Positions 62,823 to 64,000 of a DNA stretch of 64,000 nt are shown here, one piece after another. The notes beneath the pieces were generated by a model. The model saw only the letters and a list, made by a program, of their open reading frames with translations. It made no database searches and had not been told where the DNA came from. The DNA is from Octopus vulgaris (Eukaryota). Each line of letters starts with the position of its first letter. Positions within the stretch are counted from its first letter, which is position 1. The stretch spans positions 76,508,001-76,572,000 of the forward strand of contig OX597827.1 in NCBI GenBank assembly GCA_951406725.2, in the 5' to 3' direction. The translations under genes and the position numbers were made by a program.

Positions 62823-63334
62823 TTCGTTTTTGGATTTGGTTTGCAAGATTCTTTATGCGAGTTCGTGTGTTGAAGCATATTCTGTTGTGTCTGGGGAGAG
62901 TCATTCTCTTTTATGATTTTATGATTTTATGATTTTATGATTTTATGATTTAACACACTCACCGGTAAAATTTCCACGTATTTCTTTTTTATTTAAAAAA
63001 AATTTTCCACTTATTTTTTTATTTTTCCACTTCTTTCTTTTTTATTTTTTTCTAAAATTTTCGTTGCGTCCGTCATTCACACTACCAGTGTGAATAACAG
63101 ACGGAGTCAAAATATAAAATTTCCCCAGAAATTTTATATTTTAAAAATCTTTGGATGCTGCTGTTTAATGAAGTTTTCCTATATTATCGTTGAAAGCTCG
63201 AAATAGGGAGTAATTAACAGTCGACAACAGAGGAGGGGTTAGACTTCATGTGGTATTTTGTTGCGTACTTGTCTCTCATTATGTGTTTACGTATTTTTCA
63301 CTCGTTGGTGATGTCCTGTACTTGATGTATGATA

Positions 63335-63422
<88 letters not shown>

Positions 63423-63425
<3 letters not shown>

Positions 63426-63809
63426 TCTTTACTCTTTTACGTGTTTCAGTCATTTGACTGCGGCCATGCTGGAGCACCGCCTTTAATCGAGCAACTTGAC
63501 CCCGGGACTTATTCTTTTGTAAGCCCAGTACTTATTCTAACCGCTAAGTAACGGGGACATAAACACACCAGCATCAGTTGTCAAGCAATGCTAGGGGGGA
63601 CAAACATAGGCACACAAACACACACACGCATATATATATACATATATACAACGGGCTTCTTTCAGTTTCCGTCTACCAAATCCACTCACAAGGCATTGGT
63701 CGGCCCGGGGCTATAGCAGAAGACACTTGCCCAAGGTGCCACGCAGTGGGACTGAACCCGGAACCATGTGGTTGGTTAGCAAGCTACTTACCACACAGCC
63801 ACTCCTGCG

Positions 63810-63812
<3 letters not shown>
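63423..63812 (-). mobile_element. SINE family A
   Basis: Full-length homology. Confidence 0.9.
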
Positions 63813-63848
<36 letters not shown>

Positions 63849-64000
63849 GATAAACCACCTATTGATCCCTCCATTTTCTTATTGCTATATAAATTAATGG
63901 TAAAATATCTCTTTACCGTCACCCATTTAGTACACTAGGTAATGTAATTGCAATGCAATGAAAAAACACTTGTGTATTAATAATTGGGTATTCTACCAGC

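Overview
AT-rich, microsatellite-saturated eukaryotic DNA, intronic or intergenic. The repeat content (three or more tRNA-derived SINE families, long TA/TATG/GATA/AAT arrays) resembles an octopus/cephalopod genome; this is an inference. I see no intact protein-coding gene; one unique-sequence segment with a strong minus-strand splice donor (~46.7-47.3 kb) may be a host 5' exon. The window is a nest of decayed elements: mariner/Tc1/pogo transposons and MITEs, Helitrons, CR1, RTE, Tx1-like and R4/Dong-like LINE fragments, and Penelope-like (GIY-YIG) fragments. The most striking signal is about 16 minimal type-I hammerhead-ribozyme-like motifs (stem I - CUGANGA - stem II - GAA - palindromic stem III - H17 - stem I'). 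They belong to many unrelated short sequence families, mostly sit next to (TA)n arrays, and often lie inside fold-back (inverted-repeat) mini-elements. They include one with a compensatory C3G/G8C core swap and one family with a shared A6U core. All motifs were read by eye; none was computationally or experimentally validated.
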